64,000 nt of DNA from Candidatus Latescibacterota bacterium (GTDB lineage: Bacteria > Latescibacterota > UBA2968 > UBA8231), in the NCBI GenBank assembly GCA_965200315.1, contig OZ241362.1, positions 288,001 to 352,000 of the forward strand, in the 5' to 3' direction. The notes under the pieces are model-generated. The model searched no databases, was not told the origin of the DNA, and saw only the letters and a list, made by a program, of their open reading frames with translations. Shown piece after piece: positions 13,583-23,431 of the stretch; the stretch's first letter is position 1, and every line of letters begins with the position of its first letter. Made by a program: the position numbers and the translations under genes.

Positions 13583-14859
13583 CTGCGCGGTTGCGGCAGG
13601 CGCTTGAGTACGGCGGTTATTTCGGCTGGCGTCTGCGAGGCGAGCATGTCGCGGTGGGTGTCGTCGGTGTGCATCAAGGTCGCGATCTGGGCGAGGATCG
13701 GGATGTAGCTGCGGTAGTTTTGTTCCGGGGTCAGCAGTAAAAAGATAAAATGAACCGGCTCGGGGATCGGGCCTTCAAAATCGATGCCCTGTCGGCAAAT
13801 CCCCAAACAGCCGATGATCCCGTCGAGATCGGGGATGGGCGCATGGGGGATGGCCGTGCGATGCCCTAGCGAGGTCGAGCCTTTGCGCTCGCGGTCAAGC
13901 GCAGCCTCAAGTACGGTCTGGCGTTCGCTCGCGGGGATTTGCTTTTCTTCTATTAACGCATCAACCATCTGGGCGATGGCGTCCCACTTGTCTTTGGGGG
14001 TGAGGTTCAAGCGAATGGTATGCTCCCAGAAGATGCGACTTAGCTGCAAGTCATTGGCAGCGGCCGAGCGGACCATTAGTACCGAACAGGGGACCTGATA
14101 GGCGATCTCGTCCGGGATGGAGCCCGCGAGGTGTTCCTCTTGGCGCCAGTCGTTTGAGGCACCGAGGACGATCAAATCGTGGTCTTGTGCCTTGGCGACG
14201 ATGGCTGGAACCACATCGACGGCCGGGATTACAGTCAACGGCACGTCGATATTCAGCAGTTCTAGCTGCAAGCGCGTGTCGGCGGCTAGCTGCGCACAGT
14301 AGCGTTGGAGGATGGGGTCGGCGGGGCCGCGGGAGTCGCGGACGATGCGGAGAATTTCCAGTTCGGCTCCCCAGTTCTGGGCCAGATCGTAGGCGATTTG
14401 TACGCCGACCAATGCGTGATTGCCGCCGCCGAAAGGCACGAGAATCCGGCGCACCGGTCCGCTCTTCTTTGCCTTAAAGATCAGGGTGTCGACGTCGATG
14501 GCCTTGGTCAGAGCGCGGTTAGGCGCAGATAGGATTGCGTCGCGCTCGACATCGCCTTTCCAAGCCATGAGCATCATGTTGCAGCTCCAACGGCGGACAG
14601 CGTGCTGAATTCCGCTCGTCACGTCCTCGTCTTTTTCCAAATGCGCGATAGTGCCGATGTCGTGGGTCATGGCCCGGTCGGCCAAAACTTGGAGCGCTTG
14701 TTCTATATCGGGCAACGGTTCAGCGTCGGGCGTCAAGATGTGGGTCAGGTGCAACTCACCCCAAGGCGAAGGGGCAAGGGTCGCAGCCAAGTCGACGAGG
14801 TTGTGCTCTTGGTGCGGATTTTCGAGAGGGACTAGAAGGCGGAGTTGAGCAGGCGACAT
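13579..14859 (-). CDS. tandem universal stress protein domains fused to a PTS EIIA(Fru/Ntr) domain
   Basis: RILVPFGGGNHA, DLIVLGA, GSIPDEIA...CSVLMVR (USP); RERKGSTSLGHRTAIPHA (EIIA). Confidence 0.8.
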   Translation of the reverse strand: MSPAQLRLLVPLENPHQEHNLVDLAATLAPSPWGELHLTHILTPDAEPLPDIEQALQVLADRAMTHDIGTIAHLEKDEDVTSGIQHAVRRWSCNMMLMAWKGDVERDAILSAPNRALTKAIDVDTLIFKAKKSGPVRRILVPFGGGNHALVGVQIAYDLAQNWGAELEILRIVRDSRGPADPILQRYCAQLAADTRLQLELLNIDVPLTVIPAVDVVPAIVAKAQDHDLIVLGASNDWRQEEHLAGSIPDEIAYQVPCSVLMVRSAAANDLQLSRIFWEHTIRLNLTPKDKWDAIAQMVDALIEEKQIPASERQTVLEAALDRERKGSTSLGHRTAIPHAPIPDLDGIIGCLGICRQGIDFEGPIPEPVHFIFLLLTPEQNYRSYIPILAQIATLMHTDDTHRDMLASQTPAEITAVLKRLPQPRS

Positions 14860-15025
14860 CTTCGTTGTTGAGCATCAAGCCAAGGACCAGCCGAGGCAGT
14901 TGTTAAGAAGTACTTATTAAATATAAAACAGACCGTCATCTTTTCCAGCCTTCTTCTTCGCACGGTGGGGTTGCCAGCGGCGGTGCGGTGCGGTTTGTTG
15001 TTGGCAATTCAACCGGGAGGTTTGC

Positions 15026-16003
15026 GTGCGGATATTGATTACCGGCATTACTGGTCGCATAGGTGCCAATTTGGCCAAACAACTCGTCGGGCGCGGCTAC
15101 CAACTCCGAGGGTTGGTCTGGCCCCGCGATCCGCGAGTGGAAAATCTCAAGAAGATGCAGGTCGAACTCGTCGAGGGGAGTTTGACTGATCCGGCCGCAG
15201 TTGAGCAGGCGGTCGAGGGGATCGAAGCCGTCTATCACTTGGGGGCGGCCTTTCAGGGCGGTGGCCCCTTTACCCACGAGGAGTTCTTTGAAATCAACGT
15301 GCGTGGCACTTTCAACATGCTGGAAGCCGTGCGCCGGGTGAAGTGGATAGGCCAATTCCTGTTCGCCAGTTCGGATGCGCTGTACGACAAATACGTCCCC
15401 GGTGGTATGAGCGCACCTATTGACGAACAGACGCCGCGCGTGCCCAAGGGAGAGTATGCCTTGACGAAGGCGTTGGGCGAGGAATTGTGCAACGGCTATT
15501 GGCAGGGGTACCAAGTGCCGACGACTATCTTGCGTTTCGCCATGGTACAGGCAGTCGATGAAATTTTGGAGTTCCCGCAGTTCTACCTGAGCAAGATGAA
15601 GGAGGTACACCCAGAACTGGCCGCCCTGTGGCAGGGCGAGGAGTGCGCGGTGCTGCTAAAAGATCAGCGCGATCGCCCCTTTAAAAAGCACATCGCCGAT
15701 GTGCGCGACATCGTGCATGGCTGCCTCTGCGCCTTGGGTAAAGAGAGGGCGTTAGGCGAGACCTTCCAGCTAGCTGGGCCGCGCCCTTTTACCTGGGACG
15801 AGGTTAGTTACCGGCTCGCCGCATTGCGCGACATGCCCCATGTCGAAACTGCGGTGAGGGCCACGCCCACCTTTTACGAATTCAACCTGCGCAAGGCCGA
15901 GGAATATCTAGGATTTAGCCCTAGTTACGACATCGTGCGGATGATGGTTGATGCACTTAACTATCAGCGCGGCGAGGACATTGGGGTGTTGCCGCACGGC
16001 TGA
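15026..16003 (+). CDS. NAD-dependent epimerase/dehydratase (extended SDR)
   Basis: ITGITGRIG, ASS, YALTK (YxxxK). Confidence 0.88.
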   Translation: MRILITGITGRIGANLAKQLVGRGYQLRGLVWPRDPRVENLKKMQVELVEGSLTDPAAVEQAVEGIEAVYHLGAAFQGGGPFTHEEFFEINVRGTFNMLEAVRRVKWIGQFLFASSDALYDKYVPGGMSAPIDEQTPRVPKGEYALTKALGEELCNGYWQGYQVPTTILRFAMVQAVDEILEFPQFYLSKMKEVHPELAALWQGEECAVLLKDQRDRPFKKHIADVRDIVHGCLCALGKERALGETFQLAGPRPFTWDEVSYRLAALRDMPHVETAVRATPTFYEFNLRKAEEYLGFSPSYDIVRMMVDALNYQRGEDIGVLPHG

Positions 16004-16006
16004 GGC

Positions 16007-16375
16007 TCAGGTCTCGTGCGGTACTAATTCTGCGGCGATAGCGGTGAGGACGTCCTCGGTGCGAAAGGGCTTGTAAAAAATGGGGCACCCCTTGAGGGCT
16101 TGCAGCACCTCTTGCAGGTCGTCGGAGGAGTGCCTTTGGCGCGACAAGAAGGCGATGACCTTGGTGTTATCGAGCGAGCGACTCGCCGATACAAAAGGAG
16201 CGGGGTCGTCGACTTCGACGCCGAGGAGGACTAAGTCCGGGGCGTTGAGTCGGTGATGGTCGAGTCCGTCGGCCAGTTGGTTGGCGACTTCGACCTGATA
16301 GCCGGCCCGTTTGAGCAGTCCGGCGAGGGTGGCACCAAATATGGGATTGCGGTCGATAATCAGAATTTTGTACAA
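16007..16375 (-). CDS. stand-alone receiver-fold protein (atypical)
   Basis: KILIID, PDLVLL, KPF elements; the phosphoacceptor position is Gly. Confidence 0.7.
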   Translation of the reverse strand: MYKILIIDRNPIFGATLAGLLKRAGYQVEVANQLADGLDHHRLNAPDLVLLGVEVDDPAPFVSASRSLDNTKVIAFLSRQRHSSDDLQEVLQALKGCPIFYKPFRTEDVLTAIAAELVPHET

Positions 16376-16465
16376 TGCAGTGGCTCTGGTGGTTGAGACC
16401 GGACGAAGGCTTGCGGCCTCAAAAAATTAAGGGGTGTGCTATACCTGCGCAAGTTAGCGAATTGC

Positions 16466-16494
16466 TTGACAACCCCACCGACGTCGGCTATACT
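16466..16494 (+). promoter_or_regulatory. sigma-70 promoter
   Basis: TTGACA-N17-TATACT. Confidence 0.8.
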
Positions 16495-16519
16495 GGCCGA
16501 CCTAAAAAGACGGAGATTT

Positions 16520-17875
16520 ATGCGGAGCAAAGAGGAATTAAAGGCCGCTGTGTGCGCGGCCATTGAGCGGCAGAGCGAGCAGATTATCGGGCTGGGAGAA
16601 GCCATCATGGACCAACCCGAATTGGGTTTTAAGGAAGAGCAGACGGCTCGCCGCGTCGGCGAAAGTTTTGCCGCGCTCGGATTGCAATACGAGAGAGAAC
16701 TAGCGTTGACCGGTGTGAAGGCCCGGCTCAAAGGGCAGCAAGCAGGGCCGACTGTGGCGCTGATGGGTGAGCTCGATGCGCTCATTGTGCCCGATCACCC
16801 GCGCGCCGACCCGGCAACTGGGGCGGCACACGCCTGTGGCCACAACGCCCAGATCGCCGGGATGGTAGGGGCCGCTTACGGGCTTGTCGAGGCCGGCGTC
16901 AGGGAGGAACTAGCTGGGGAAATCGCGTTTTTCGCCGTGCCTGCAGAAGAATACGTCGAAATAGACTACCGCTTAGGACTCGTCGAAGAAGGCAAGATCG
17001 CATTTCTCGGAGGCAAGCCCGAACTGGTCGAATTGGGGCACTTTGACGACGTGGATATGGCCGTGATGATCCACACCAGCAGTTCAGCCCAAAGCGAAGG
17101 GGCGGTGGGGATTGCCCGTTCGTCCAATGGCTTCTTGGCCAAAAACGTGCGTTTCATTGGCCGGGCCGCCCACGCCGGGGGTGCGCCGGAGAAAGGCATC
17201 AACGCGCTCAGTGCAGCGACGCTCGCGCTCAGCGCGATTGACGCCCAGCGAGAAACCTTCCGCGATCAGGACTGCGTGCGGGTGCATCCGATCATCACCA
17301 AGGGGGGCGATCTGGTCAATATCATTCCGGCTGAGGTACGGCTGGAAACTTATGTTCGCGCCCGCACCACCGAGGCGATGCTCGATGCGTCTCACAAGGT
17401 CGATCGGGCACTGCGGGGCGCGGCGGTTGCCCTTGGCTGTTCGGTTGAGATAGAAACTGTGCCCGGCTACCTGCCGCTGCGCAATGATCCCGATTTAGGG
17501 GAGCTTTTCAAGGACAACGCGGCGCGGATTTTTGGCTCTGATCAGTACCGGGATTATCCACACGGCGGCGGATCAACCGACGCTGGCGACCTCAGTCAGA
17601 TCATGCCCGTGCTGCACCCGGCTATGACCGGAGCCAGCGGTGCAGTTCACGGGCCCGATTGGGGGATTGCCGATCCAGCCGCTGGGTATCTGGCCCCGGC
17701 TAAGGTCTTGGCTATGATGGCCATCGACTTGCTGTACGGCGATGCGTCCACAGCTCGGGACATCCTGCAAAATCACGCGCCCAACATGGGCAAGGGCGAA
17801 TATCTCCAACAGCAAAAGGCACTCTTTCACCGCGAGTTGTTCGCCGGTGATCAAACAGGGGAGAATACCACGTGA
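16520..17875 (+). CDS. M20 amidohydrolase (AbgB/ACY1L2-like)
   Basis: PELGFKE, GELDAL, HACGHN, PAEE, GSTD. Confidence 0.9.
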   Translation: MRSKEELKAAVCAAIERQSEQIIGLGEAIMDQPELGFKEEQTARRVGESFAALGLQYERELALTGVKARLKGQQAGPTVALMGELDALIVPDHPRADPATGAAHACGHNAQIAGMVGAAYGLVEAGVREELAGEIAFFAVPAEEYVEIDYRLGLVEEGKIAFLGGKPELVELGHFDDVDMAVMIHTSSSAQSEGAVGIARSSNGFLAKNVRFIGRAAHAGGAPEKGINALSAATLALSAIDAQRETFRDQDCVRVHPIITKGGDLVNIIPAEVRLETYVRARTTEAMLDASHKVDRALRGAAVALGCSVEIETVPGYLPLRNDPDLGELFKDNAARIFGSDQYRDYPHGGGSTDAGDLSQIMPVLHPAMTGASGAVHGPDWGIADPAAGYLAPAKVLAMMAIDLLYGDASTARDILQNHAPNMGKGEYLQQQKALFHRELFAGDQTGENTT

Positions 17876-18636
17876 AGCTCGGCATGGTGACTTACAATTT
17901 AGGCCGCGAGTGGGATTTAGAGACGCTGATTACCCATTGCGAAGAGACTGGTTTTGCCGGAGTTGAACTGCGGACGACGCATGCCCATGGGGTCGAAGTG
18001 GTGCTCAGTGCAGCCGAGCGGGCCGAGGTCAAGAGGCGCTTTGCCGACTCGGCGGTCGAACTGGTAGGATTGGGCAGTGCCTTTGAATACGACGCCGTTG
18101 ATCCGGAGGTCCTGCGAAGTCACATCGACGGGACCAAAGAATACGTGCGCTTGGCCCACGATCTCGGGGTCGGCGGAGTCAAGGTGCGCCCCAACAACGT
18201 CCACGTAGATGAGGAGATCCCCATTGAGCAGACCTTGGAGCAGATCGGCGTCAGCTTGCGCGAGTGCGGCGAATTTGCTCGCGGCCTAGGGGTGCAGATC
18301 CGCTTGGAGGTCCACGGTCGGACGACCTCGGATCCAGCCAACATCCGCAAGATCATCGACTACGCCGACCACGACAATGTCTTCGTCTGCTGGAACTCCA
18401 ATGCGACGGACCTAGTCGATGGATCCATTGACGGCAGTTTCACCTCCTTGCAGGAGGCCATTGCCTTGGTCCACATTACCGAGTTGTGGAGCGATTATCC
18501 GTGGGAGCGGCTCTTTACCCTGCTGCGACAGAGCGGCTACGCAGGTTATTGTCTCGCTGAAATCCCCGAAAGCCCAGAGCCCTTGCGCCTGATGCGCTAT
18601 TATCGAGCCTTATGGCAGGCACTCGCCAAAGGCTAG
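17872..18636 (+). CDS. sugar phosphate isomerase/epimerase (TIM-barrel) family
   Basis: GFAGVELR, RLEVHG pattern; GTGA coupling. Confidence 0.75.
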   Translation: MKLGMVTYNLGREWDLETLITHCEETGFAGVELRTTHAHGVEVVLSAAERAEVKRRFADSAVELVGLGSAFEYDAVDPEVLRSHIDGTKEYVRLAHDLGVGGVKVRPNNVHVDEEIPIEQTLEQIGVSLRECGEFARGLGVQIRLEVHGRTTSDPANIRKIIDYADHDNVFVCWNSNATDLVDGSIDGSFTSLQEAIALVHITELWSDYPWERLFTLLRQSGYAGYCLAEIPESPEPLRLMRYYRALWQALAKG

Positions 18637-18642
18637 CGATGG

Positions 18643-19497
18643 GTGATGCCTGAGATCGCTTATGTCAACGGCCGCTTCTGTCCACTGGCCGAAGCTGTGG
18701 TGTCGGTTGAGGACCGGGGCTATCAGTTCGCCGATGGGGTCTATGAGGTTGTTGGCACCTACGGTGGGTGCCCCTATGCCTTAGAGCCGCATTTGGCACG
18801 CCTTCAGGGCAACCTAGAAGCCTTGCACTTGCCATTGGATATTCGCGAGTATGGCCTTAAGGCCAAGCTGATGGAAGGCATTGAGCTGAGCGGTTTTGGC
18901 GAGATCTTGGTCTATATCCAAGTTACGCGTGGGGTAGCCTCTAGGCAGCACGAATTCCCTGCGGTCCCGGTTGCGCCCACTGTCGTAATGACATTTAAGG
19001 AATTGCGGCGTTTGCCACGGGATCTCTACAACCGTGGCGTCGAAATCATTAGCATCGAAGACTTGCGCTGGAAGCGCTGCGACATTAAGAGCATCGCCTT
19101 ACTGCCCAACATCTTGGCCAAGCAGGCGGCCGCGCGAGCGGGGGCCTTTGAGGCCCTGCTAGTCGACGCGGAAGGCCGAGTCACCGAAGGGGCGTCGACC
19201 AGTGCCTTCTGCGTACAGGCAGGGCGATTGTGTATCGCGCCTATTGGTCCCCACATCCTGTCGAGTATCACCAGAGGGATTCTTCTCGATTTGGCCCGCA
19301 AGCTCGGCATACCCATCGACGAAGAGTTTGCTACGCTGGATCAATTTAAGAAAGCCGACGAGGTCTTTCTCGCAGGTACTACTACCGAGGCGATGCCGGT
19401 GGTACAGATCGATGATGCCGTTATCGGCGATGGTATGCCGGGGCTGATTACGCAGCAGATCCGCGCCGCGTTTCTGGAGTCCCTGGATTTGACTTGA
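18643..19497 (+). CDS. class IV PLP aminotransferase (D-amino-acid aminotransferase-like)
   Basis: DRGYQFADGVYE, YIQVTRG, RCDIKS, TEG, ITR, EVFLAGTT. Confidence 0.9.
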   Translation: MMPEIAYVNGRFCPLAEAVVSVEDRGYQFADGVYEVVGTYGGCPYALEPHLARLQGNLEALHLPLDIREYGLKAKLMEGIELSGFGEILVYIQVTRGVASRQHEFPAVPVAPTVVMTFKELRRLPRDLYNRGVEIISIEDLRWKRCDIKSIALLPNILAKQAAARAGAFEALLVDAEGRVTEGASTSAFCVQAGRLCIAPIGPHILSSITRGILLDLARKLGIPIDEEFATLDQFKKADEVFLAGTTTEAMPVVQIDDAVIGDGMPGLITQQIRAAFLESLDLT

Positions 19498-19520
19498 GCC
19501 AAAGAACAGTAACGACATAC

Positions 19521-19556
19521 AAAAAGGGGAACGCTTCGGCTGGCGTCCCCCTTTTT
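19521..19556. terminator. bidirectional intrinsic terminator
   Basis: AAAAAGGGGAACGC...GCGTCCCCCTTTTT between convergent genes. Confidence 0.8.
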
Positions 19557-19575
19557 GTGTTGTTGTAAGAGGTTT

Positions 19576-20985
19576 TTAATGAATGACGATCATCTTGGTT
19601 TCGGTCATTTCCTCGACTGCGTACCGGGGTCCCTCCTTCCCCATGCCGCTTTCCTTGAGGCCGCCGTAGGGCATCAGATCGGCGCGCCACTGAGTGCCCC
19701 AGTTGATGTGGATGTTGCCCGATTCCACCTGCTGGGCAAACTGGAGGGCCCAGTTGAGGTTCTCGGTGAAAATTGCGGCGCTGAGACCATAGTTGGTGTC
19801 GTTGGCCATGGCGATGGCTTGGTCGATATCGTCGATCCGGCTGATGCCGAGCGCCGGACCGAAAATCTCGTCGCAGGAGACCTTCATCTCCGGTGCCACG
19901 TCGGCTAGGATGGTCGGGGCGTGCATCGTGCCCTCGCGGGTGCCGCCCGTGACGACGCTGGCTCCAGCCCCAACGGCTTCTTGGACCCAAGCCTCGACGC
20001 GCTCGGCGTCTTGGACGCGGATCATCGGCCCCATCTTGACATTGTCGTCGAGGGGATTGCCAGTCGTCAGGGATTCGACCGCGGGTTTCAGGGCGTCGAT
20101 AAAATCCCCGTACACTTCGGTGCTGGCGAATACTCGCTGAGTCGAGATGCAGACTTGGCCAGCGTTGGCAAAGCCGGTATTGGCGGTAGCGGCGGCGACC
20201 TTTTCGAGATCGGCGTCCGGCATGACAATCAGCGGAGAGTTGGACCCTAGCTCCATCGTCACTTTCTTCAGGCCAGCGACCTGACAGATGTGTTCGCCGA
20301 CATCGCGGCTGCCCGTGAAGCTGATTTTGCGGACCTTAGGATTGGAACTGATCGCGTCGCCAATGACGCTGCCCGAACCCGTGACGCATTGAATGGCTTC
20401 CGCCGGCAGGCCCGCGTCGACAAAGATCTCGGTCAGTTTGAGGGCCGAAAGCGGGGTGTCGCTGGCGGGCTTGACGATGATCGAATTCCCAGCGGCCAGC
20501 GCCGGGCCCACTTTGTGGCAGACGAGGTTGAGCGGGAAGTTAAAGGGCGTAATAGCGGCTACCACGCCACAGGGGACCCGCAATGTAAAGCCAAATTTGC
20601 CCGCTCCATTAGAGGCTCCGCTCAGGTCGAGTGTTTCGCCAGTCAGGCGCTTGGCTTCCTCGGCAGACAGGACGATGGTCTCTTGGGCACGAGATGCTTC
20701 GCCCATGCCCTCGGCGAGGGTTTTGCCCTCTTCGAGGGTAATTGTGCGCCCCAAGTCGTCGAGCCGCTCTAGCATTAGATCGGCTGCGCGATGGATTATC
20801 TCGTAGCGCTCATAGGCGCTCATTGCGGCCATGACCTTGGCACCGCGCTCGGCCGAGTCAATGGCGCGGTCAATGTCTGCGGCGTCGCCCCTTGGGACGG
20901 TGTCGACGACCGAGCCATCATAGGGGTTGACGACGTCCATGGTTTCGGCTGTGTCAACCCACTCTCCGGCGATGTACATCTTCAT
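19576..20985 (-). CDS. aldehyde dehydrogenase family protein
   Basis: ITPFNFP, KPAS, FTGS, MELG, GQVC, EIFGP, YGLSAAIFT. Confidence 0.95.
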   Translation of the reverse strand: MKMYIAGEWVDTAETMDVVNPYDGSVVDTVPRGDAADIDRAIDSAERGAKVMAAMSAYERYEIIHRAADLMLERLDDLGRTITLEEGKTLAEGMGEASRAQETIVLSAEEAKRLTGETLDLSGASNGAGKFGFTLRVPCGVVAAITPFNFPLNLVCHKVGPALAAGNSIIVKPASDTPLSALKLTEIFVDAGLPAEAIQCVTGSGSVIGDAISSNPKVRKISFTGSRDVGEHICQVAGLKKVTMELGSNSPLIVMPDADLEKVAAATANTGFANAGQVCISTQRVFASTEVYGDFIDALKPAVESLTTGNPLDDNVKMGPMIRVQDAERVEAWVQEAVGAGASVVTGGTREGTMHAPTILADVAPEMKVSCDEIFGPALGISRIDDIDQAIAMANDTNYGLSAAIFTENLNWALQFAQQVESGNIHINWGTQWRADLMPYGGLKESGMGKEGPRYAVEEMTETKMIVIH

Positions 20986-21065
20986 GGTTAGATTCCTTAT
21001 TTGAGGTGAGTGGTAAGTAGCCAACAAATTAAGCGCACGCTTCTGCCTGTCAAGCGAGCTTAGGG

Positions 21066-22508
21066 TTAAATGCCCACGCGGTTTTCATAGGCCAAGGGGC
21101 GTCCCTCAGCATCGAGTAAGGGCTGTGGCGGAGCCTTCTTTTGAGTTAGCAAGCTGACGATTACTAAGGCAAGAGCGGAAAAGGGCACGGCCAAAAGGTC
21201 GGCTGGCAAATCCGCGGGGAGCATTCTCAGTACCTGCCAAGCACACAGGCCGCCCCCTATGGAGGCTAAGGCCCCAGGACCGTTGGTTTTGGGCCACCAT
21301 AAGCCAGCGGTTAGCGGGACGAATAGCGAGGCGAGGAGCACGGACCAAGAGTCGACCATCAAGTCGTAAACCGAAGCGGTCCGCAGGGCCAACAGTAGCG
21401 ATAGTGCGCCCAAAAGGAGGACGGACAAGCGCGTCGCGCGGAGCGACGTCTGCTCTTCGGCGTCGGGTTTGAAGTAGCGCAGGAGATCCCAGCCAATGAC
21501 GCTCGCTGGAGCGAGAAGGGCACTATCGGCGCTGGACAGGAGGGCCGAGACGAGGGCACCCATAAAGAGGACCAAAGCCAGATCCGGGAGGTACTTTAGG
21601 GCGAGGGACATCATAACTAGGTCGGGATCGGCCAAATCCGGCAGGATGACAGCACCCGCCATGCCGAGAAAAACGGGCAACAGCCCAACCGTTATATAAA
21701 GCAGCCCAGCGAGATAAGCACTGCGGTATGCCACCTTTTCGTCGCGGCTTGAAAGACTGCGCTGGATTAGGTCTTGGCCCGCTAGGTTGCCGAGGCCGAT
21801 AACCAGCCAGTCGCGTGCGTAGGCCAGCCAACTGGCTGCGTCGCCCCGAGGATAGAAATCGAAGCGGGAGGCCGGAATTTGGGCAACGAGGGCCTTCCAG
21901 CCGCCCATGTCGCCGATGAGGACCGGCGTCAAAATAAATAGCCCGAGCACAAGGATGGTCACTTGGACGAAGTCGGTTAGAGTGACGGCCCACATGCCGC
22001 CGGCCCAAGTATAGATTAGCACGATGGCTGCGGCTGCGCAGATGCCGATGGTGGGATCTATGCCGGTCAGGATCTGCAGGATTCGTCCAAAGGCCAACAA
22101 GAGCGAGCCGGTCCAGCCGACATAGGCAGGAATGGTACAGAGGCTGGCCAGCAGGCCCGCCCGCGGGCCGAAGCGGCTGTTGAAAAAGGATGCGATCGTC
22201 ATCAAGCCCATGCGCCGCATCAGCCGGATGTAAAAGAGGCCAGCGATGAACAGGCATAAAGCCGCGCCAAAAGGGTCGGCAATGACCGCGAGGATGCCGC
22301 CCTTGTATGCAGCACTTGCAGCACCGATGCAGATTCCACCACCAAACCACGTCGCTGCGAGGGTTGCAGTGCAGAGCAACAGGGGCAGGCGCTGGCCGGC
22401 AACGATGAAGTCAGTTGAGTTGCGGACGCGGCGACTAGCATATAGGCCAACGCCGAGCATCACCGCGAGATAGACACCCAAGCCGATCAAGACCAATGGA
22501 TTGGCCAT
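21066..22508 (-). CDS. sodium:solute symporter
   Basis: DFIVAG, ATWFGG, YTWAGGMWAVTLTD, QR..S, SSADS; about 13 TMs. Confidence 0.92.
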   Translation of the reverse strand: MANPLVLIGLGVYLAVMLGVGLYASRRVRNSTDFIVAGQRLPLLLCTATLAATWFGGGICIGAASAAYKGGILAVIADPFGAALCLFIAGLFYIRLMRRMGLMTIASFFNSRFGPRAGLLASLCTIPAYVGWTGSLLLAFGRILQILTGIDPTIGICAAAAIVLIYTWAGGMWAVTLTDFVQVTILVLGLFILTPVLIGDMGGWKALVAQIPASRFDFYPRGDAASWLAYARDWLVIGLGNLAGQDLIQRSLSSRDEKVAYRSAYLAGLLYITVGLLPVFLGMAGAVILPDLADPDLVMMSLALKYLPDLALVLFMGALVSALLSSADSALLAPASVIGWDLLRYFKPDAEEQTSLRATRLSVLLLGALSLLLALRTASVYDLMVDSWSVLLASLFVPLTAGLWWPKTNGPGALASIGGGLCAWQVLRMLPADLPADLLAVPFSALALVIVSLLTQKKAPPQPLLDAEGRPLAYENRVGI

Positions 22509-22547
22509 GGCGAGATCCTTTGCGAAGATTTGTTATAATAACTAAAA

Positions 22548-22594
22548 GAGTGAAAATGGCCAATGACGCCAGCCAAGTGGCGAATCTGGCCATT
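22548..22594 (+). promoter_or_regulatory. two putative PspF-type upstream activator sites
   Basis: GAGTGAAAATGGCCAAT and GTGGCGAATCTGGCCATT, about 30 nt apart and about 75-120 nt upstream of the sigma-54 site. Confidence 0.5.
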
Positions 22595-22668
22595 GAAATG
22601 TAATGATTTACTCTATATTTTTTTCATAACACATTGGGCTGTAACAAATTATGGGTATTATAAAATTT

Positions 22669-22684
22669 TGGCACGACCCTTGCA
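22669..22684 (+). promoter_or_regulatory. sigma-54 (-24/-12) promoter of the pspA operon
   Basis: TGGCAC-GACCC-TTGCA matches TGGCAC-N5-TTGCW exactly. Confidence 0.9.
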
Positions 22685-22735
22685 AGGTTAGGAACAGTGA
22701 ATGATTAAAATCCACTCAATCAAGGAAGGTGTACG

Positions 22736-23410
22736 ATGGCTAAGGGAGCCTTAGGAAGGATAAGCGATATCCTCAAATCCAATATCAACGAGATGCTCGA
22801 CCGGGCCGAAGAGCCAGACAAGATGATCCGCCAGATGGTGCGAGACATGGAAGAGGCGGTTAGCAAGGCCACGGCCTCGGTAGGGACTGCTGTGGCCAAC
22901 CACAAACGGCTCGAGCGCCAGTTCAACGACAAGCAAAGCCAAGTCGCCGAATGGCAGCGCAAGGCCGAACGGGCGGTGGAAGCGGGTGAAGATGAACTGG
23001 CGCGACGTGCGTTGGAGCGCAAGGCGGTGTTTGCCAAAGCGGCAGAGGATCTGGCTCCAGCCTTAGAGGAGAGTCGGCAGACGGCCGAGCAATTGCGCGA
23101 GCAGCTACGCGAGCTAAAGACTAAGCTCGAAGAAGCGCGGACCCGGCAGGGCACGTTGGTCGCCCGCCACCAAGCCGCCCAAGCCCGTAAGCGTCTGGCT
23201 CAGAGCATTTCCGGGTTGGGTGAGGATGCCTTTTCCAGCTTTGAACGCTTTGAACAGAAAGTCGCAGAGAGCGAGGCAGAGGCGGCCGCGCACGTGGAAG
23301 TTTCAGGCGAGATGGAAAGCATTGATAAAGAGATCCGCCAAATCGAAGTCGATCACAGCGTTGACGATGAATTGAAGGCCCTAAAGGACAAGATGAATAA
23401 AGACAAGTAA
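22736..23410 (+). CDS. pspA: phage shock protein A (PspA/Vipp1/IM30 family)
   Basis: RISDILKSNINEMLDRAEEPDKMIRQMVRDME, WQRKAERAVEAGEDELARRAL, FERFEQKV. Confidence 0.95.
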   Translation: MAKGALGRISDILKSNINEMLDRAEEPDKMIRQMVRDMEEAVSKATASVGTAVANHKRLERQFNDKQSQVAEWQRKAERAVEAGEDELARRALERKAVFAKAAEDLAPALEESRQTAEQLREQLRELKTKLEEARTRQGTLVARHQAAQARKRLAQSISGLGEDAFSSFERFEQKVAESEAEAAAHVEVSGEMESIDKEIRQIEVDHSVDDELKALKDKMNKDK

Positions 23411-23431
23411 TCCTTTGTTCCGCAGCATGTT

